This document shows, piece after piece, positions 63,676 through 64,000 of a DNA stretch of 64,000 bases. Within the stretch, counting starts at the first letter, position 1. Each line of letters opens with the position of its first letter. This DNA is from Octopus bimaculoides. Taxonomy: Eukaryota. The stretch spans positions 150,526,020-150,590,019 of the forward strand of contig NC_068981.1 in assembly GCF_001194135.2 (NCBI RefSeq), in the 5' to 3' direction. A program made the position numbers and the translations under genes. Below the pieces are notes generated by a model. The model was not told the origin of the DNA. It saw only the letters and a list, made by a program, of their open reading frames with translations, and made no database searches.

Positions 63676-64000
63676 GACAGACTTTAACAGACTATATATA
63701 TATATCCATTCAGTATTCAATGGTCTGAAAAAAAGGGTACTCAGTTCCATAGTGGTAATTAATAATATATTTTATTTTAGTTGAGTCAGTTTCTTACTAC
63801 TCTGAGTTTCACCTGTAGGTGTGCAGGATTTTCAAGCCAGTTAAGATCTTGTGTACCAACAGGTGAAACTTGAAGTAACAAGAAACTTGCTGAATGAAAA
63901 AAATGTATATATAAAGAAATTCACTTTAATCATCTGTTTTTTTCACTTAATGCCATCGACTATAAAATGTAAATCTTCATATTTTATTCATTAAGAAAAG

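Noticed and set aside
63806-63870. 12-bp inverted repeat agtttcacctgt/acaggtgaaact as a MITE or exon
   Set aside because: The pogo-like TIR motifs face outward with no TSD, and exon readings are equally possible on both strands

Overview
AT-rich, microsatellite-dense eukaryotic genomic DNA with many N gaps. The tRNA-headed SINE families look like those of Octopus/coleoid cephalopods; this is inferred from pattern recognition, not a search. No intact host protein-coding gene can be called with confidence, and nearly all long ORFs in the track are gap or microsatellite artefacts. Recognisable content: decayed non-LTR retrotransposons (HERO-like, R4/Dong-like RLE types, RTE/BovB, CR1), a Tc1 transposase relic, hAT and mariner-type non-autonomous elements, and about 25 SINE copies. 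Four signals stand out. (1) About a dozen Penelope-type minimal hammerhead ribozyme motifs from at least six unrelated repeat families, with different palindromic stem III sequences. One lies inside a tRNA-headed SINE and one in the 3' region of an RLE retrotransposon. (2) A multi-copy RT-less ORF1/gag-like gene family (RRM-like region, CCHC knuckle, unknown C-terminal domain) with apparent TATA promoters and 5'UTR introns, arranged in inverted pairs. (3) A fold-back element with a head-to-head (TTAGGG)n/(CCCTAA)n core. (4) A switch to CpG depletion at about 47.5-48.4 kb, suggesting a methylated gene body that contains several strong hairpins.
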